Shown here: one piece after another, positions 8,895-21,379 of the stretch | How the letters are laid out: the number at the start of each line of letters is the position of its first letter | Numbering within the stretch: the stretch's first letter is position 1 | Source of the DNA: Escherichia coli | GTDB taxonomy: Bacteria > Pseudomonadota > Gammaproteobacteria > Enterobacterales > Enterobacteriaceae | Direction: 5' to 3' (one strand) | Length of the DNA stretch: 64,000 bases | Assembly: GCF_011045215.1 (NCBI RefSeq) | Contig: NZ_CP049201.1 | Made by a program: the position numbers and the translations under genes | Notes under the pieces: generated by a model | Told to the model about the DNA's origin: nothing | Seen by the model: only the letters and a program-made list of their open reading frames with translations | The model's database searches: none

Positions 8895-10439
8895 ATGGCT
8901 GACTCGCAACCCCTGTCCGGTGCTCCGGAAGGTGCTGAATATTTAAGAGCAGTGCTGCGCGCGCCGGTTTACGAGGCGGCGCAGGTTACGCCGCTACAAA
9001 AAATGGAAAAACTGTCGTCGCGTCTTGATAACGTCATTCTGGTGAAGCGCGAAGATCGCCAGCCAGTGCACAGCTTTAAGCTGCGCGGCGCATACGCCAT
9101 GATGGCGGGCCTGACGGAAGAACAAAAAGCGCACGGCGTGATCACTGCTTCTGCGGGTAACCACGCGCAGGGCGTCGCGTTTTCTTCTGCGCGGTTAGGC
9201 GTGAAGGCCCTGATCGTTATGCCAACCGCCACCGCCGACATCAAAGTCGACGCGGTGCGCGGCTTTGGCGGCGAAGTGCTGCTCCACGGCGCGAACTTTG
9301 ATGAAGCGAAAGCCAAAGCGATCGAACTGTCACAGCAGCAGGGGTTCACCTGGGTGCCGCCGTTCGATCATCCGATGGTGATTGCCGGGCAAGGCACGCT
9401 GGCGCTGGAACTGCTCCAGCAGGACGCCCATCTCGACCGCGTATTTGTGCCAGTCGGCGGCGGCGGTCTGGCTGCGGGCGTGGCGGTGCTGATTAAACAA
9501 CTGATGCCGCAAATCAAAGTGATCGCCGTAGAAGCGGAAGACTCCGCCTGCCTGAAAGCAGCGCTGGATGCGGGTCATCCGGTTGATCTGCCACGCGTGG
9601 GACTGTTCGCCGAAGGTGTCGCGGTAAAACGCATCGGCGACGAAACCTTCCGTTTATGCCAGGAGTATCTCGACGACATCATCACCGTCGATAGTGATGC
9701 GATCTGTGCGGCGATGAAGGATTTATTCGAAGATGTGCGTGCGGTGGCGGAACCCTCTGGCGCGCTGGCGCTGGCGGGAATGAAAAAATATATCGCCCAG
9801 CACAACATTCGCGGCGAACGGCTGGCGCATATTCTTTCCGGCGCCAACGTGAACTTCCACGGCCTGCGCTACGTCTCGGAACGCTGCGAACTGGGCGAAC
9901 AGCGTGAAGCGTTGTTGGCGGTGACCATTCCGGAAGAAAAAGGCAGCTTCCTCAAATTCTGCCAACTGCTTGGCGGGCGCTCGGTCACCGAGTTCAACTA
10001 CCGTTTTGCCGATGCCAAAAACGCCTGCATCTTTGTCGGCGTGCGCCTGAGCCGCGGCCTCGAAGAGCGCAAAGAAATTTTGCAGATGCTCAACGACGGC
10101 GGCTACAGCGTGGTGGATCTCTCCGACGACGAAATGGCGAAGTTGCATGTGCGCTATATGGTCGGCGGGCGTCCGTCACATCCGTTGCAGGAACGCCTCT
10201 ACAGCTTCGAATTCCCGGAATCACCGGGCGCGCTGCTGCGCTTCCTCAACACGCTGGGTACTCACTGGAACATTTCTTTGTTCCACTATCGCAGCCATGG
10301 CACCGACTACGGGCGCGTACTGGCGGCGTTCGAACTTGGCGACCATGAACCGGATTTCGAAACCCGGCTGAATGAGCTGGGCTACGATTGCCACGACGAA
10401 ACCAATAACCCGGCGTTCAGGTTCTTTTTGGCGGGTTAA
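8895..10439 (+). CDS. ilvA: Threonine deaminase (biosynthetic threonine dehydratase)
   Basis: 514 aa, PLP-enzyme motifs, conserved N-terminus. Confidence 0.95.
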   Translation: MADSQPLSGAPEGAEYLRAVLRAPVYEAAQVTPLQKMEKLSSRLDNVILVKREDRQPVHSFKLRGAYAMMAGLTEEQKAHGVITASAGNHAQGVAFSSARLGVKALIVMPTATADIKVDAVRGFGGEVLLHGANFDEAKAKAIELSQQQGFTWVPPFDHPMVIAGQGTLALELLQQDAHLDRVFVPVGGGGLAAGVAVLIKQLMPQIKVIAVEAEDSACLKAALDAGHPVDLPRVGLFAEGVAVKRIGDETFRLCQEYLDDIITVDSDAICAAMKDLFEDVRAVAEPSGALALAGMKKYIAQHNIRGERLAHILSGANVNFHGLRYVSERCELGEQREALLAVTIPEEKGSFLKFCQLLGGRSVTEFNYRFADAKNACIFVGVRLSRGLEERKEILQMLNDGGYSVVDLSDDEMAKLHVRYMVGGRPSHPLQERLYSFEFPESPGALLRFLNTLGTHWNISLFHYRSHGTDYGRVLAAFELGDHEPDFETRLNELGYDCHDETNNPAFRFFLAG

Positions 10440-11326
10440 TGGTTCGGCAAAATCCTCCAGAACGCCTCAATCAGCGGCTCATGCAGCCGCTTTTTTTGTG
10501 CACACACGCCCAGTTCAAACGGCGTTTTCTCATCGCTGCGATCTAAAATCATTACCCGGTTGCGTACAGGCTCCGGGCTGTTTTCCAGCACCACTTCCGG
10601 CAACAGCGCCACACCACAGCCGAGCGCCACCATCGATACCATCGCTTCATGCCCGCCAACCGTGGCGTAAATCATTGGGTTGCTGATTTTATTGCGTCGA
10701 AACCACAGTTCAATGCGGCGGCGTACTGGCCCCTGATCGGCCATGATAAACGGTACCGTTGACCAGTCCGGCTTCTCTACCGAGACCTGATTACGCACCG
10801 GGCAGGGCAGCGCGGGCGCAATCAGCACTACCGCCAGATTCTCCAGCATCGAAAACGCCACAGCGCCGGGTAGCGTCTCCGGTTTCCCGGCAATCGCCAG
10901 ATCCGCTTCGCCAGTGACCACCTTTTCCATTGCATCTGCCGCATCACCAGTGGTGAGTTTAATCTCCACCGACGGGTGTTCCGCGCGGAAGCGATCCAGA
11001 ATCGGCGGCAGATGGCTGTAGGCAGCAGTCACCGAGCAGAAGATATGTAATTCGCCAGAGAGCGACGGCCCTTGCTGATCGATGGTGTGGCGCAGCTGCT
11101 GATACTGCAACAGCGTTTGCTGGGCGAAAACGCGCAGCTCTTCGCCCGCTTCAGTCAGCGTCACCGTGCGGTTATCGCGCACAAACAGCGGCTGACCGAG
11201 ATCTTCTTCCAGGCGCTGAATCTGCCGTGAGAGCGTGGACGGGCTAACGTGCATCGCCCGCGCGCTGCGGCCAAAATGGCGGCTTTCCGCCAGATGCAGG
11301 AAGGTTTTCAGATCGCGTAAATCCAA
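10436..11326 (-). CDS. ilvY: LysR-family regulator of ilvC
   Basis: 297 aa if started at the TTG giving (M)[21 protein letters not shown]; divergent from ilvC. Confidence 0.85.
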   Translation of the reverse strand: MDLRDLKTFLHLAESRHFGRSARAMHVSPSTLSRQIQRLEEDLGQPLFVRDNRTVTLTEAGEELRVFAQQTLLQYQQLRHTIDQQGPSLSGELHIFCSVTAAYSHLPPILDRFRAEHPSVEIKLTTGDAADAMEKVVTGEADLAIAGKPETLPGAVAFSMLENLAVVLIAPALPCPVRNQVSVEKPDWSTVPFIMADQGPVRRRIELWFRRNKISNPMIYATVGGHEAMVSMVALGCGVALLPEVVLENSPEPVRNRVMILDRSDEKTPFELGVCAQKKRLHEPLIEAFWRILPNH

Positions 11327-11475
11327 TGGCGCAGCCCTCAATGTTGACGTTGCAGAAATTGCAATGTGACGTTGTGAATATATCAATTTCCGCAATAAAT
11401 TTCCTGTCATATATTGAATTCAATCTCGCAAACGCGAACCGAACAATAAGAAGCACAACATCACGAGGAATCACC
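11327..11475. promoter_or_regulatory. ilvY-ilvC divergent promoter/operator region
   Basis: Short intergenic region between divergent ilvY and ilvC. IlvY operators are expected here from established knowledge; not resolved base-by-base. Confidence 0.5.
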
Positions 11476-12951
11476 ATGGCTAACTACTTCAATACACTGA
11501 ACCTGCGCCAGCAACTGGCACAGTTGGGCAAATGTCGCTTTATGGGCCGCGACGAATTCGCCGATGGCGCGAGCTACCTTCAGGGTAAAAAAGTGGTCAT
11601 CGTCGGCTGTGGCGCACAGGGTCTGAACCAGGGCCTGAACATGCGTGATTCTGGTCTCGATATCTCCTACGCTCTGCGTAAAGAAGCGATTGCCGAGAAG
11701 CGCGCGTCCTGGCGTAAAGCGACCGAAAATGGTTTTAAAGTGGGTACTTACGAAGAACTGATCCCACAGGCGGATCTGGTGGTTAACCTGACGCCGGACA
11801 AGCAGCACTCTGATGTAGTGCACACCGTACAGCCACTGATGAAAGACGGCGCGGCGCTGGGTTACTCGCACGGTTTCAACATCGTCGAAGTGGGCGAGCA
11901 GATCCGTAAAGATATCACCGTAGTCATGGTTGCGCCGAAATGCCCTGGCACCGAAGTGCGTGAAGAGTACAAACGTGGATTCGGCGTACCGACGCTGATT
12001 GCCGTTCACCCGGAAAACGATCCGAAAGGCGAAGGTATGGCGATCGCTAAAGCATGGGCGGCAGCAACCGGTGGTCACCGTGCGGGCGTGCTGGAATCGT
12101 CCTTCGTTGCGGAAGTGAAATCTGACCTGATGGGTGAGCAAACCATTCTGTGCGGTATGTTGCAGGCCGGCTCTCTGCTGTGCTTCGACAAGCTGGTGGA
12201 AGAAGGCACCGATCCGGCATACGCAGAAAAACTGATTCAGTTCGGTTGGGAAACCATCACCGAAGCGCTGAAACAGGGCGGCATCACCCTGATGATGGAC
12301 CGTCTCTCTAACCCGGCGAAACTGCGCGCTTACGCGCTGTCAGAACAGCTGAAAGAGATCATGGCACCGCTGTTCCAGAAACATATGGACGACATCATCT
12401 CCGGCGAATTCTCCTCCGGCATGATGGCGGACTGGGCCAACGATGATAAGAAACTGCTGACCTGGCGTGAAGAGACCGGCAAAACCGCGTTTGAAACCGC
12501 GCCGCAGTATGAAGGCAAAATCGGCGAGCAGGAGTACTTCGATAAAGGCGTACTGATGATCGCGATGGTGAAAGCGGGCGTTGAACTGGCGTTCGAAACC
12601 ATGGTCGATTCCGGCATCATTGAAGAGTCTGCATATTATGAATCACTGCACGAGCTGCCGCTGATTGCCAACACCATCGCCCGTAAGCGTCTGTACGAAA
12701 TGAACGTGGTTATCTCTGATACCGCCGAGTACGGTAACTATCTGTTCTCTTACGCTTGTGTGCCGTTGCTGAAACCGTTTATGGCAGAGCTGCAACCGGG
12801 CGACCTGGGTAAAGCTATTCCGGAAGGCGCGGTAGATAACGCGCAACTGCGTGATGTGAACGAAGCGATTCGCAGCCATGCGATTGAGCAGGTAGGTAAG
12901 AAACTGCGCGGCTATATGACAGATATGAAACGCATTGCTGTTGCGGGTTAA
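11476..12951 (+). CDS. ilvC: Ketol-acid reductoisomerase
   Basis: 491 aa starting [23 protein letters not shown]. Confidence 0.95.
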   Translation: MANYFNTLNLRQQLAQLGKCRFMGRDEFADGASYLQGKKVVIVGCGAQGLNQGLNMRDSGLDISYALRKEAIAEKRASWRKATENGFKVGTYEELIPQADLVVNLTPDKQHSDVVHTVQPLMKDGAALGYSHGFNIVEVGEQIRKDITVVMVAPKCPGTEVREEYKRGFGVPTLIAVHPENDPKGEGMAIAKAWAAATGGHRAGVLESSFVAEVKSDLMGEQTILCGMLQAGSLLCFDKLVEEGTDPAYAEKLIQFGWETITEALKQGGITLMMDRLSNPAKLRAYALSEQLKEIMAPLFQKHMDDIISGEFSSGMMADWANDDKKLLTWREETGKTAFETAPQYEGKIGEQEYFDKGVLMIAMVKAGVELAFETMVDSGIIEESAYYESLHELPLIANTIARKRLYEMNVVISDTAEYGNYLFSYACVPLLKPFMAELQPGDLGKAIPEGAVDNAQLRDVNEAIRSHAIEQVGKKLRGYMTDMKRIAVAG

Positions 12952-12967
12952 TAGCGATTCAGAGTTC

Positions 12968-12992
12968 AAGGCCTTCTCCTGGAGAAGGCCTT
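12968..12992. terminator. Hairpin between convergent ilvC and ppiC (likely bidirectional terminator)
   Basis: Inverted repeat AAGGCCTTCTCC TGG AGAAGGCCTT. Confidence 0.5.
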
Positions 12993-12996
12993 ACTG

Positions 12997-13302
<306 letters not shown>

Positions 13303-13476
13303 TCAGGCGGCGATTTTAGCATGATCCGCAGATGCTAACGTAATTGTCAGTCAGGGAGTGGCTGGTACATATATGGCAAAAGCCCGGAAAATCCGGGCTT
13401 CGCAGGTCCCTCAAGGGGAGAAAACTTAGGGCCTCTATGGGCTACAAAGTCATTATCGGGGATGGTGATTTTATTG

Positions 13477-13926
13477 TCAATTTATGAGCGATATGGCATT
13501 GATTGACTTGATGACCGCCCTCTGTATGTCTGCAACCAACTCATGTGGCAAACATTGATTAAGATACCCTCTGTAAGTTCTTGCTCTGTTTAATCTGTTT
13601 CGACTGACTTGTTGTACCAGGTCGGCTTTGGCCCAACGAATCTGCTGATCAAAGAATTGCAGGTCATTGATAATATTACTGGCTATTTCAACATGCATTC
13701 CACGATTTAACTTGTCATGGTCGCGAGTGGTTGATAATGGAACGACGATACATGCGTTGCCATTAATTTTTCCGTTGAGCACGACAACTAACCTGTTTTT
13801 TATCATTTCAGGAGGAATGCGGCCATCGTAATACGTCGTGCTGAACGGCCCATTTTGGCTAACAGGATAGTTACCAAAGTTGCATTCCAGTATTTCACCA
13901 ACCTTAGGGCTGAAATTAATCGCCAC
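13477..13926 (-). CDS. yifN: YifN-like protein with PemK/MazF-like toxin-fold features, no adjacent antitoxin ORF
   Basis: 149 aa from GTG preceded by a strong RBS (AAGGAGAGG, 7-nt spacer). Motifs GEILECNF and KNRLVVVL resemble the PemK-fold pattern. Conserved position between ppiC and rep. Confidence 0.6.
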   Translation of the reverse strand: MAINFSPKVGEILECNFGNYPVSQNGPFSTTYYDGRIPPEMIKNRLVVVLNGKINGNACIVVPLSTTRDHDKLNRGMHVEIASNIINDLQFFDQQIRWAKADLVQQVSRNRLNRARTYRGYLNQCLPHELVADIQRAVIKSINAISLIN

Positions 13927-14142
13927 GAGTAAACCTCTCCTTAGTAAACTCTGAAAAAGTAATAACACAACGTTACGACCCGATATTTTCTAAGTCTAAT
14001 GGATTCACGATGAACTCCGATTTCGGTCTTCTCTCTCTGATTTAAACATCCGCAGCCAACCGGTTAGCGGCTTACACGCGGTCACATTCAAATGCGATTC
14101 TGCTACAATCCTCCCCCCGTTCGAAGATTGAGCAATACACCT

Positions 14143-16164
14143 ATGCGTCTAAACCCCGGCCAACAACAAGCTGTCGAATTCGTTACCGGCCCCTGCCTGG
14201 TGCTGGCGGGCGCGGGTTCCGGTAAAACTCGTGTTATCACCAATAAAATCGCTCATCTGATCCGCGGTTGCGGTTATCAGGCGCGACATATCGCGGCGGT
14301 GACCTTTACCAATAAGGCGGCGCGCGAGATGAAAGAGCGTGTAGGGCAGACGCTGGGGCGCAAAGAGGCGCGTGGGCTGATGATCTCCACTTTCCATACG
14401 TTGGGGCTGGATATCATCAAACGCGAGTATGCGGCGCTTGGGATGAAAGCGAACTTCTCGTTGTTTGACGATACCGATCAGCTTGCTTTGCTTAAAGAGT
14501 TGACCGAGGGGCTGATTGAAGATGACAAAGTTCTCCTGCAACAACTGATTTCGACCATCTCTAACTGGAAGAATGATCTCAAAACACCGTCCCAGGCGGC
14601 AGCCAGTGCGATTGGCGAGCGGGACCGTATTTTTGCCCATTGTTATGGGCTGTATGATGCACACCTGAAAGCGTGCAATGTTCTCGACTTCGATGATCTG
14701 ATTTTATTGCCGACGTTGCTGCTGCAACGCAATGAAGAAGTCCGCGAGCGCTGGCAGAACAAAATTCGCTATCTGCTGGTGGATGAGTATCAGGACACCA
14801 ACACCAGCCAGTATGAACTGGTGAAACTGCTGGTGGGCAGCCGCGCGCGCTTTACCGTGGTGGGCGATGACGACCAGTCGATCTACTCCTGGCGCGGCGC
14901 ACGTCCACAAAACCTGGTGCTGCTGAGTCAGGATTTTCCGGCGCTGAAGGTGATTAAGCTTGAGCAGAACTACCGCTCTTCCGGACGTATTTTGAAAGCG
15001 GCGAACATCCTGATCGCCAATAACCCGCACGTCTTTGAGAAGCGTCTGTTCTCCGAACTGGGTTACGGCACAGAGCTTAAAGTTTTAAGCGCGAATAACG
15101 AAGAACATGAAGCCGAGCGCGTCACTGGTGAACTGATTGCGCATCACTTCGTCAATAAAACGCAGTACAAAGATTACGCTATTCTTTATCGCGGTAACCA
15201 TCAGTCGCGAGTGTTTGAAAAATTCCTGATGCAAAACCGCATCCCGTACAAAATTTCTGGTGGTACGTCGTTTTTCTCTCGTCCTGAAATCAAGGACTTG
15301 CTGGCTTATCTGCGCGTGCTGACTAACCCGGACGATGACAGCGCATTTCTGCGTATCGTTAACACGCCGAAGAGAGAGATTGGCCCGGCGACGCTGAAAA
15401 AGCTGGGTGAGTGGGCGATGACGCGCAATAAAAGCATGTTTACCGCCAGCTTTGATATGGGCCTGAGTCAGACGCTTAGCGGACGTGGTTATGAAGCATT
15501 GACCCGCTTTACTCACTGGTTGGCAGAAATCCAGCGTCTGGCGGAGCGGGAGCCGATTGCCGCGGTGCGCGATCTGATCCACGGCATGGATTATGAATCC
15601 TGGCTGTACGAAACATCGCCCAGCCCGAAAGCCGCCGAAATGCGCATGAAGAACGTCAACCAACTGTTTAGCTGGATGACGGAGATGCTGGAAGGCAGCG
15701 AACTGGATGAGCCGATGACGCTCACCCAGGTGGTGACGCGCTTTACTTTGCGCGACATGATGGAGCGTGGTGAGAGTGAAGAAGAGCTGGATCAGGTGCA
15801 ACTGATGACTCTGCACGCGTCAAAAGGGCTGGAGTTTCCTTATGTCTACATGGTCGGTATGGAAGAAGGGTTTTTGCCGCACCAGAGCAGCATCGATGAA
15901 GATAATATCGATGAGGAGCGGCGGCTGGCCTATGTCGGCATTACCCGCGCCCAGAAGGAATTGACCTTTACGCTGTGTAAAGAACGCCGTCAGTACGGCG
16001 AGCTGGTGCGCCCGGAGCCGAGCCGCTTTTTGCTGGAGCTGCCGCAGGATGATCTGATTTGGGAACAGGAGCGCAAAGTGGTCAGCGCCGAAGAACGGAT
16101 GCAGAAAGGGCAAAGCCATCTGGCGAATCTGAAAGCGATGATGGCGGCAAAACGAGGGAAATAA
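14143..16164 (+). CDS. rep: ATP-dependent DNA helicase Rep
   Basis: 673 aa, [31 protein letters not shown] (UvrD/Rep Walker A). Confidence 0.95.
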   Translation: MRLNPGQQQAVEFVTGPCLVLAGAGSGKTRVITNKIAHLIRGCGYQARHIAAVTFTNKAAREMKERVGQTLGRKEARGLMISTFHTLGLDIIKREYAALGMKANFSLFDDTDQLALLKELTEGLIEDDKVLLQQLISTISNWKNDLKTPSQAAASAIGERDRIFAHCYGLYDAHLKACNVLDFDDLILLPTLLLQRNEEVRERWQNKIRYLLVDEYQDTNTSQYELVKLLVGSRARFTVVGDDDQSIYSWRGARPQNLVLLSQDFPALKVIKLEQNYRSSGRILKAANILIANNPHVFEKRLFSELGYGTELKVLSANNEEHEAERVTGELIAHHFVNKTQYKDYAILYRGNHQSRVFEKFLMQNRIPYKISGGTSFFSRPEIKDLLAYLRVLTNPDDDSAFLRIVNTPKREIGPATLKKLGEWAMTRNKSMFTASFDMGLSQTLSGRGYEALTRFTHWLAEIQRLAEREPIAAVRDLIHGMDYESWLYETSPSPKAAEMRMKNVNQLFSWMTEMLEGSELDEPMTLTQVVTRFTLRDMMERGESEEELDQVQLMTLHASKGLEFPYVYMVGMEEGFLPHQSSIDEDNIDEERRLAYVGITRAQKELTFTLCKERRQYGELVRPEPSRFLLELPQDDLIWEQERKVVSAEERMQKGQSHLANLKAMMAAKRGK

Positions 16165-16168
16165 TCAA

Positions 16169-16203
16169 GGCCGGAAAAGATGCGTCAGCATCGCATCCGG
16201 CAC
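16169..16203. repeat. REP (repetitive extragenic palindrome) element
   Basis: GCCGGAAAAGATGCGTCAGCATCGCATCCGGCAC consensus-like palindrome between rep and gppA. Confidence 0.5.
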
Positions 16204-16210
16204 TTACTCA

Positions 16211-17695
16211 TTAATGCACTTCCAGCGGCCAGTGGACATAGCTCTGCCACTGGCTTTCCTGAGCAATAATCTCTTTACCCAGCGGATGTTGGGTTAGCCA
16301 ACCTTGCGGAAGCGTCAAGGTCAACAGTTCATGGTTAGCCTGTAATGTCATCTCTGGCACGAGATCGTCACGGCGACGGCTGGCAAAAATGATGGCCAGG
16401 CGGAGTAAACGGCAGAGTTGTTCTGCGACGCGCGGCGGTACGGCATTTTGCTGATGCAGCGATGAGAGATCGACCGGATTAGTCTGGTTGAGCAGTAGCG
16501 TCGCCAGCAATTTTTTCTGTGCGGGGGTAAAACCGGGAAGATCCAGATTACGCACCAGATAAGCAGCGTGTTGCGGCGCTTGTTTAAAGTCAACGCTCAG
16601 GCCGATTTCATGAAGCTGACAGGCGCTGATGAGCAAATCGCGGCTTATTGCTTCAAGATGCCATTCCTTTTCCACCTGATCGAAGAAGTTAGCCGCAACT
16701 TTGGCTACGCGCTGCGCCTGATCAATATCGATCATAAAGCGGCGCTGAATATTACGCAGCGTACGGCTGCGAATATCCTGCTCGACGGCCAGATGCAACA
16801 TGCCGTAGACCAGGCCTTCACGCAGCGCACCGCCCGCCAGGGTCATACACTGAATATTCAGTTCGGTAAAAATGGCGATCAGGATCGCCAGACCACTCGG
16901 GAACACTAACGCACGTTCCAGCGTCAGCCCGTCAATCTCCAGTTCCTCCAGCCGACCGCAATGAATGGCTCGCTGTTTCAATTGCTGCAACTTTTCCAGG
17001 GTAATGCGTTCATCCATCCCCTGTGCCATCATGATTTCCTGTAACGCCTGCACGGTGCCGGAAGCACCAACGCACACTTTCCAGCCGTGATACCGTAATT
17101 CATCGGCAACCGGACGTAACACTTCGCGTGCCGCTTTTTCTGCAGCATCAAAATTTTCCTGCCCCAGATTACGATCGGCAAAATAGCGTTCCAGCCAGGT
17201 GACGCAGCCCATCGACAGGCTGAACAACGAGGTGGTTTGTGCACCCGTGCCGGTTACCAGTTCAGTACTGGCACCGCCTATATCCACCACCAGGCGCTGA
17301 TCGGCACCGCCAGTTGTGTGAGCAACGCCCTGATAAATCAGACGTGCTTCCTCTTCACCGCTGATCACCTGTACCGGACAACCGAGGATTTCCTGCGCTT
17401 TGGCAATAAAATCACCCGCATTGACGGCAAGACGTAATGTCGCCGTAGCGACAACGCGAATTTGCGAGGGAGGGATATCTTGCAGACGTTCAGCAAACAG
17501 GCGCAGACATTGCCAACCGCGCTCCATTGCTTCATTAGACAGGGCATTTTCGCTATTCAGGCCAGCAGCCAGACGCACTTTGCGTTTTATTCGCGTCAGC
17601 GTCTGGATGCTTCCAGCCACCTCGCGCACAACCAGCATATGAAAACTATTCGAACCGAGATCAATGGCTGCATACAGCGACGAGGTGGAACCCAT
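16211..17695 (-). CDS. gppA: Guanosine pentaphosphate phosphohydrolase
   Basis: 494 aa starting [22 protein letters not shown] (Ppx/GppA family). Confidence 0.9.
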   Translation of the reverse strand: MGSTSSLYAAIDLGSNSFHMLVVREVAGSIQTLTRIKRKVRLAAGLNSENALSNEAMERGWQCLRLFAERLQDIPPSQIRVVATATLRLAVNAGDFIAKAQEILGCPVQVISGEEEARLIYQGVAHTTGGADQRLVVDIGGASTELVTGTGAQTTSLFSLSMGCVTWLERYFADRNLGQENFDAAEKAAREVLRPVADELRYHGWKVCVGASGTVQALQEIMMAQGMDERITLEKLQQLKQRAIHCGRLEELEIDGLTLERALVFPSGLAILIAIFTELNIQCMTLAGGALREGLVYGMLHLAVEQDIRSRTLRNIQRRFMIDIDQAQRVAKVAANFFDQVEKEWHLEAISRDLLISACQLHEIGLSVDFKQAPQHAAYLVRNLDLPGFTPAQKKLLATLLLNQTNPVDLSSLHQQNAVPPRVAEQLCRLLRLAIIFASRRRDDLVPEMTLQANHELLTLTLPQGWLTQHPLGKEIIAQESQWQSYVHWPLEVH

Positions 17696-17828
17696 ACTCT
17701 TCATCCTTCAATCTGTCTCTGTGTTGGCTGCATTCTTTCACCTGAATCACTTACTACAGTATGCTCATCGGGATTCATTCTCTTGCCATCTTGATACAGT
17801 TTGAATGATTTTGAGTATGACATTTTAT

Positions 17829-19094
17829 TTAACCTGAACGACGACGATTACGCGGAGCGCCAGTACGACGCGGACCATTGCCTGTACGTGGGCGCGTGAG
17901 GCGCAGCGGTTTTGGCAGATCGGTCATCAATGCGTCCGGATTGTATTTGCTTACCGGAATTGAGTGACCAATATAGGTCTCAATAGCAGGCAAATTCAAT
18001 GCATACTCTTCACACGCCAGGCTGATAGAGTGACCGCTTGCGCCTGCGCGACCTGTACGACCAATACGGTGAACGTAATCTTCACAGTCATCGGGTAAAT
18101 CGTAGTTAAAGACGTGCGTCACTGCCGGAATATGCAAACCACGCGCGGCAACGTCGGTGGCAACCAGAATATCCAGATCGCCACGGGTAAATTCATCAAG
18201 AATACGCAGACGTTTTTTCTGCGCGACATCGCCTGTCAACAAACCGACACGATGACCATCTGCCGCCAGGTGGCCCCAGATCTCTTCACAACGGTGTTTG
18301 GTATTGGCGAAAATAATCGCTCTGTCTGGCCACTCTTCTTCGATCAGCGTTTGCAGCAAACGCATTTTTTCTTCGTTAGAAGGGTAGAAAAGCTCTTCTT
18401 TAATACGGTGGCCCGTTTTCTGTTCCGGTTCCACTTCAATATATTCGGCATTGTTCATCTGCTCAAACGCCAGTTCACGTACCCGGTACGAAAGCGTGGC
18501 AGAGAACAGCATGTTGAGGCGCTGGTTTGCAGGCGGCATACGGCGGAACAGCCAGCGGATATCTTTAATAAAGCCCAGATCGTACATGCGATCGGCTTCG
18601 TCCAGTACCACTACCTGAATGGCACCGAGGTTAATGTGGTTCTGCTTGGCGTAGTCAATTAAACGACCCGTGGTGCCAATCAGAATGTCAACGCCGCTTT
18701 CCAGCACTTTCAGCTGTTTGTCGTAACCATCACCACCGTAAGCCAGACCCAGCTTCAGGCCGGTAGCTTCCGCCAGCGGTTCCGCATCGGCATGGATCTG
18801 GACGGCAAGTTCACGCGTCGGTGCCATAATTAAGGCACGCGGCTGATTCACCTTGCGATCGGCAATCGCGGGATGAGAGAGAAGATAATGAAACGTTGAC
18901 GTAAGAAACGCCATCGTTTTCCCGGTACCGGTTTGCGCCTGCCCGGCTACGTCACGACCCGCCAGCGTCAGCGGAAGGGCCAGTGCCTGAATGGGCGTAC
19001 AGTTATGAAACCCTTTTTTTTCAAGGGCTTCTACAACCTTCGGATGCAGGGCGAAGTCGGAAAACTTCTGTTCTGTTAAATGTGTTTTGCTCAT
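17829..19094 (-). CDS. rhlB: ATP-dependent RNA helicase RhlB (DEAD-box)
   Basis: 421 aa, DEAD-box motifs (GTGKT, DEAD, SAT), Arg-rich C-terminus. Confidence 0.95.
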
Positions 19095-19224
19095 AGTGTG
19101 GTAGAATATCAGCTTACTATTGCTTTACGAAAGCGTATCCGGTGAAATAAAGTCAACCTTTAGTTGGTTAATGTTACACCAACAACGAAACCAACACGCC
19201 AGGCTTATTCCTGTGGAGTTATAT

Positions 19225-19554
19225 ATGAGCGATAAAATTATTCACCTGACTGACGACAGTTTTGACACGGATGTACTCAAAGCGGACGGGGCGATCCTCG
19301 TCGATTTCTGGGCAGAGTGGTGCGGTCCGTGCAAAATGATCGCCCCGATTCTGGATGAAATCGCTGACGAATATCAGGGCAAACTGACCGTTGCAAAACT
19401 GAACATCGATCAAAACCCTGGCACTGCGCCGAAATATGGCATCCGTGGTATCCCGACTCTGTTGCTGTTCAAAAACGGTGAAGTGGCGGCAACCAAAGTG
19501 GGTGCACTGTCTAAAGGTCAGTTGAAAGAGTTCCTCGACGCTAACCTGGCGTAA
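19225..19554 (+). CDS. trxA: Thioredoxin 1
   Basis: 109 aa, [13 protein letters not shown]...[11 protein letters not shown]. Confidence 0.95.
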
Positions 19555-19694
19555 GGGAATTTCATGTTCGGGTGCCCCGTCGCTAAAAACTGGACGCCCG
19601 GCGTGAGTCATGCTAACTTAGTGTTGACTTCGTATTAAACATACCTTATTAAGTTTGAATCTTGTAATTTCCAACGCTTCCCGTTTTATCTTAA

Positions 19695-19796
19695 ATGCGA
19701 AGTGAACAGATTTCTGGCTCGTCACTCAATCCGTCTTGTCGTTTCAGTTCTGCGTACTCTCCTGTGACCAGGCAGCGAAAAGACATGAGTCGATGA
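19695..19796 (+). CDS. rhoL: rho leader peptide
   Basis: 33-aa ORF MRSEQISGSSLNPSCRFSSAYSPVTRQRKDMSR immediately upstream of rho. Confidence 0.7.
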   Translation: MRSEQISGSSLNPSCRFSSAYSPVTRQRKDMSR

Positions 19797-19880
19797 CCGT
19801 AAACAGGCATGGATGATCCTGCCATACCATTCACAACATTAAGTTCGAGATTTACCCCAAGTTTAAGAACTCACACCACT

Positions 19881-21140
19881 ATGAATCTTACCGAATTAAA
19901 GAATACGCCGGTTTCTGAGCTGATCACTCTCGGCGAAAATATGGGGCTGGAAAACCTGGCTCGTATGCGTAAGCAGGACATTATTTTTGCCATCCTGAAG
20001 CAGCACGCAAAGAGTGGCGAAGATATCTTTGGTGATGGCGTACTGGAGATATTGCAGGATGGATTTGGTTTCCTCCGTTCCGCAGACAGCTCCTACCTCG
20101 CCGGTCCTGATGACATCTACGTTTCCCCTAGCCAAATCCGCCGTTTCAACCTCCGCACTGGTGATACCATCTCTGGTAAGATTCGCCCGCCGAAAGAAGG
20201 TGAACGCTATTTTGCGCTGCTGAAAGTTAACGAAGTTAACTTTGACAAACCTGAAAACGCCCGCAACAAAATCCTCTTTGAGAACTTAACCCCGCTGCAC
20301 GCAAACTCTCGTCTGCGTATGGAACGTGGTAACGGTTCTACGGAAGATTTAACCGCTCGCGTACTGGATCTGGCATCACCTATCGGTCGTGGTCAGCGTG
20401 GTCTGATTGTGGCACCGCCGAAAGCCGGTAAAACTATGCTGCTGCAGAACATTGCTCAGAGCATTGCTTACAACCACCCGGATTGTGTGCTGATGGTTCT
20501 GCTGATCGACGAACGTCCGGAAGAAGTAACCGAGATGCAGCGTCTGGTAAAAGGTGAAGTTGTTGCTTCTACCTTTGACGAACCCGCATCTCGCCACGTT
20601 CAGGTTGCGGAAATGGTGATCGAGAAGGCCAAACGCCTGGTTGAGCACAAGAAAGACGTTATCATTCTGCTCGACTCCATCACTCGTCTGGCGCGCGCTT
20701 ACAACACTGTTGTTCCGGCGTCAGGTAAAGTGTTGACCGGTGGTGTGGACGCCAATGCCCTTCATCGTCCGAAACGCTTCTTCGGTGCGGCGCGTAACGT
20801 GGAAGAGGGCGGCAGCCTGACCATTATCGCGACGGCGCTTATCGATACCGGTTCTAAAATGGACGAAGTTATTTACGAAGAGTTTAAAGGTACAGGCAAC
20901 ATGGAACTGCACCTCTCTCGTAAGATCGCTGAAAAACGCGTCTTCCCGGCTATCGACTACAACCGTTCCGGTACCCGTAAAGAAGAGCTGCTCACGACTC
21001 AGGAAGAACTGCAGAAAATGTGGATCCTGCGCAAAATCATTCACCCGATGGGCGAAATCGATGCAATGGAATTCCTCATTAATAAACTGGCCATGACCAA
21101 GACCAATGACGATTTCTTCGAAATGATGAAACGCTCATAA
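19881..21140 (+). CDS. rho: Transcription termination factor Rho
   Basis: 419 aa starting [40 protein letters not shown]. Confidence 0.95.
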
Positions 21141-21155
21141 ATTTGTCTTATGCCA

Positions 21156-21189
21156 AAAACGCCACGTGTTTACGTGGCGTTTTGCTTTT
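21156..21189 (+). terminator. Rho-independent terminator after rho
   Basis: Hairpin AAAACGCCACGTG TTTA CGTGGCGTTTT followed by a T-rich run. Confidence 0.65.
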
Positions 21190-21379
21190 ATATCTGTAAT
21201 CTTAATGCCGCGCTGGCGATGTTAGGAAAATTCCTGGAATTTGCTGGCATGTTATGCAATTTGCATATCAAATGGTTAATTTTTGCACAGGACTGGTGGG
21301 TTCGGAACGGACTTTCCCTTCTGAATAAAGGTCTTCGTGGTTATACTTCTGCTAATAATTTTCTCTGAGAGCATGCATT

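Noticed and set aside
11326-11475. N-terminal extensions in the ORF track for ilvC, and likewise for ilvE, rep, rho, trxA, aslB, uvrD, hemC and corA
   Set aside because: The extensions run into upstream intergenic or regulatory DNA; starts were placed at the conserved N-termini of the known proteins instead.
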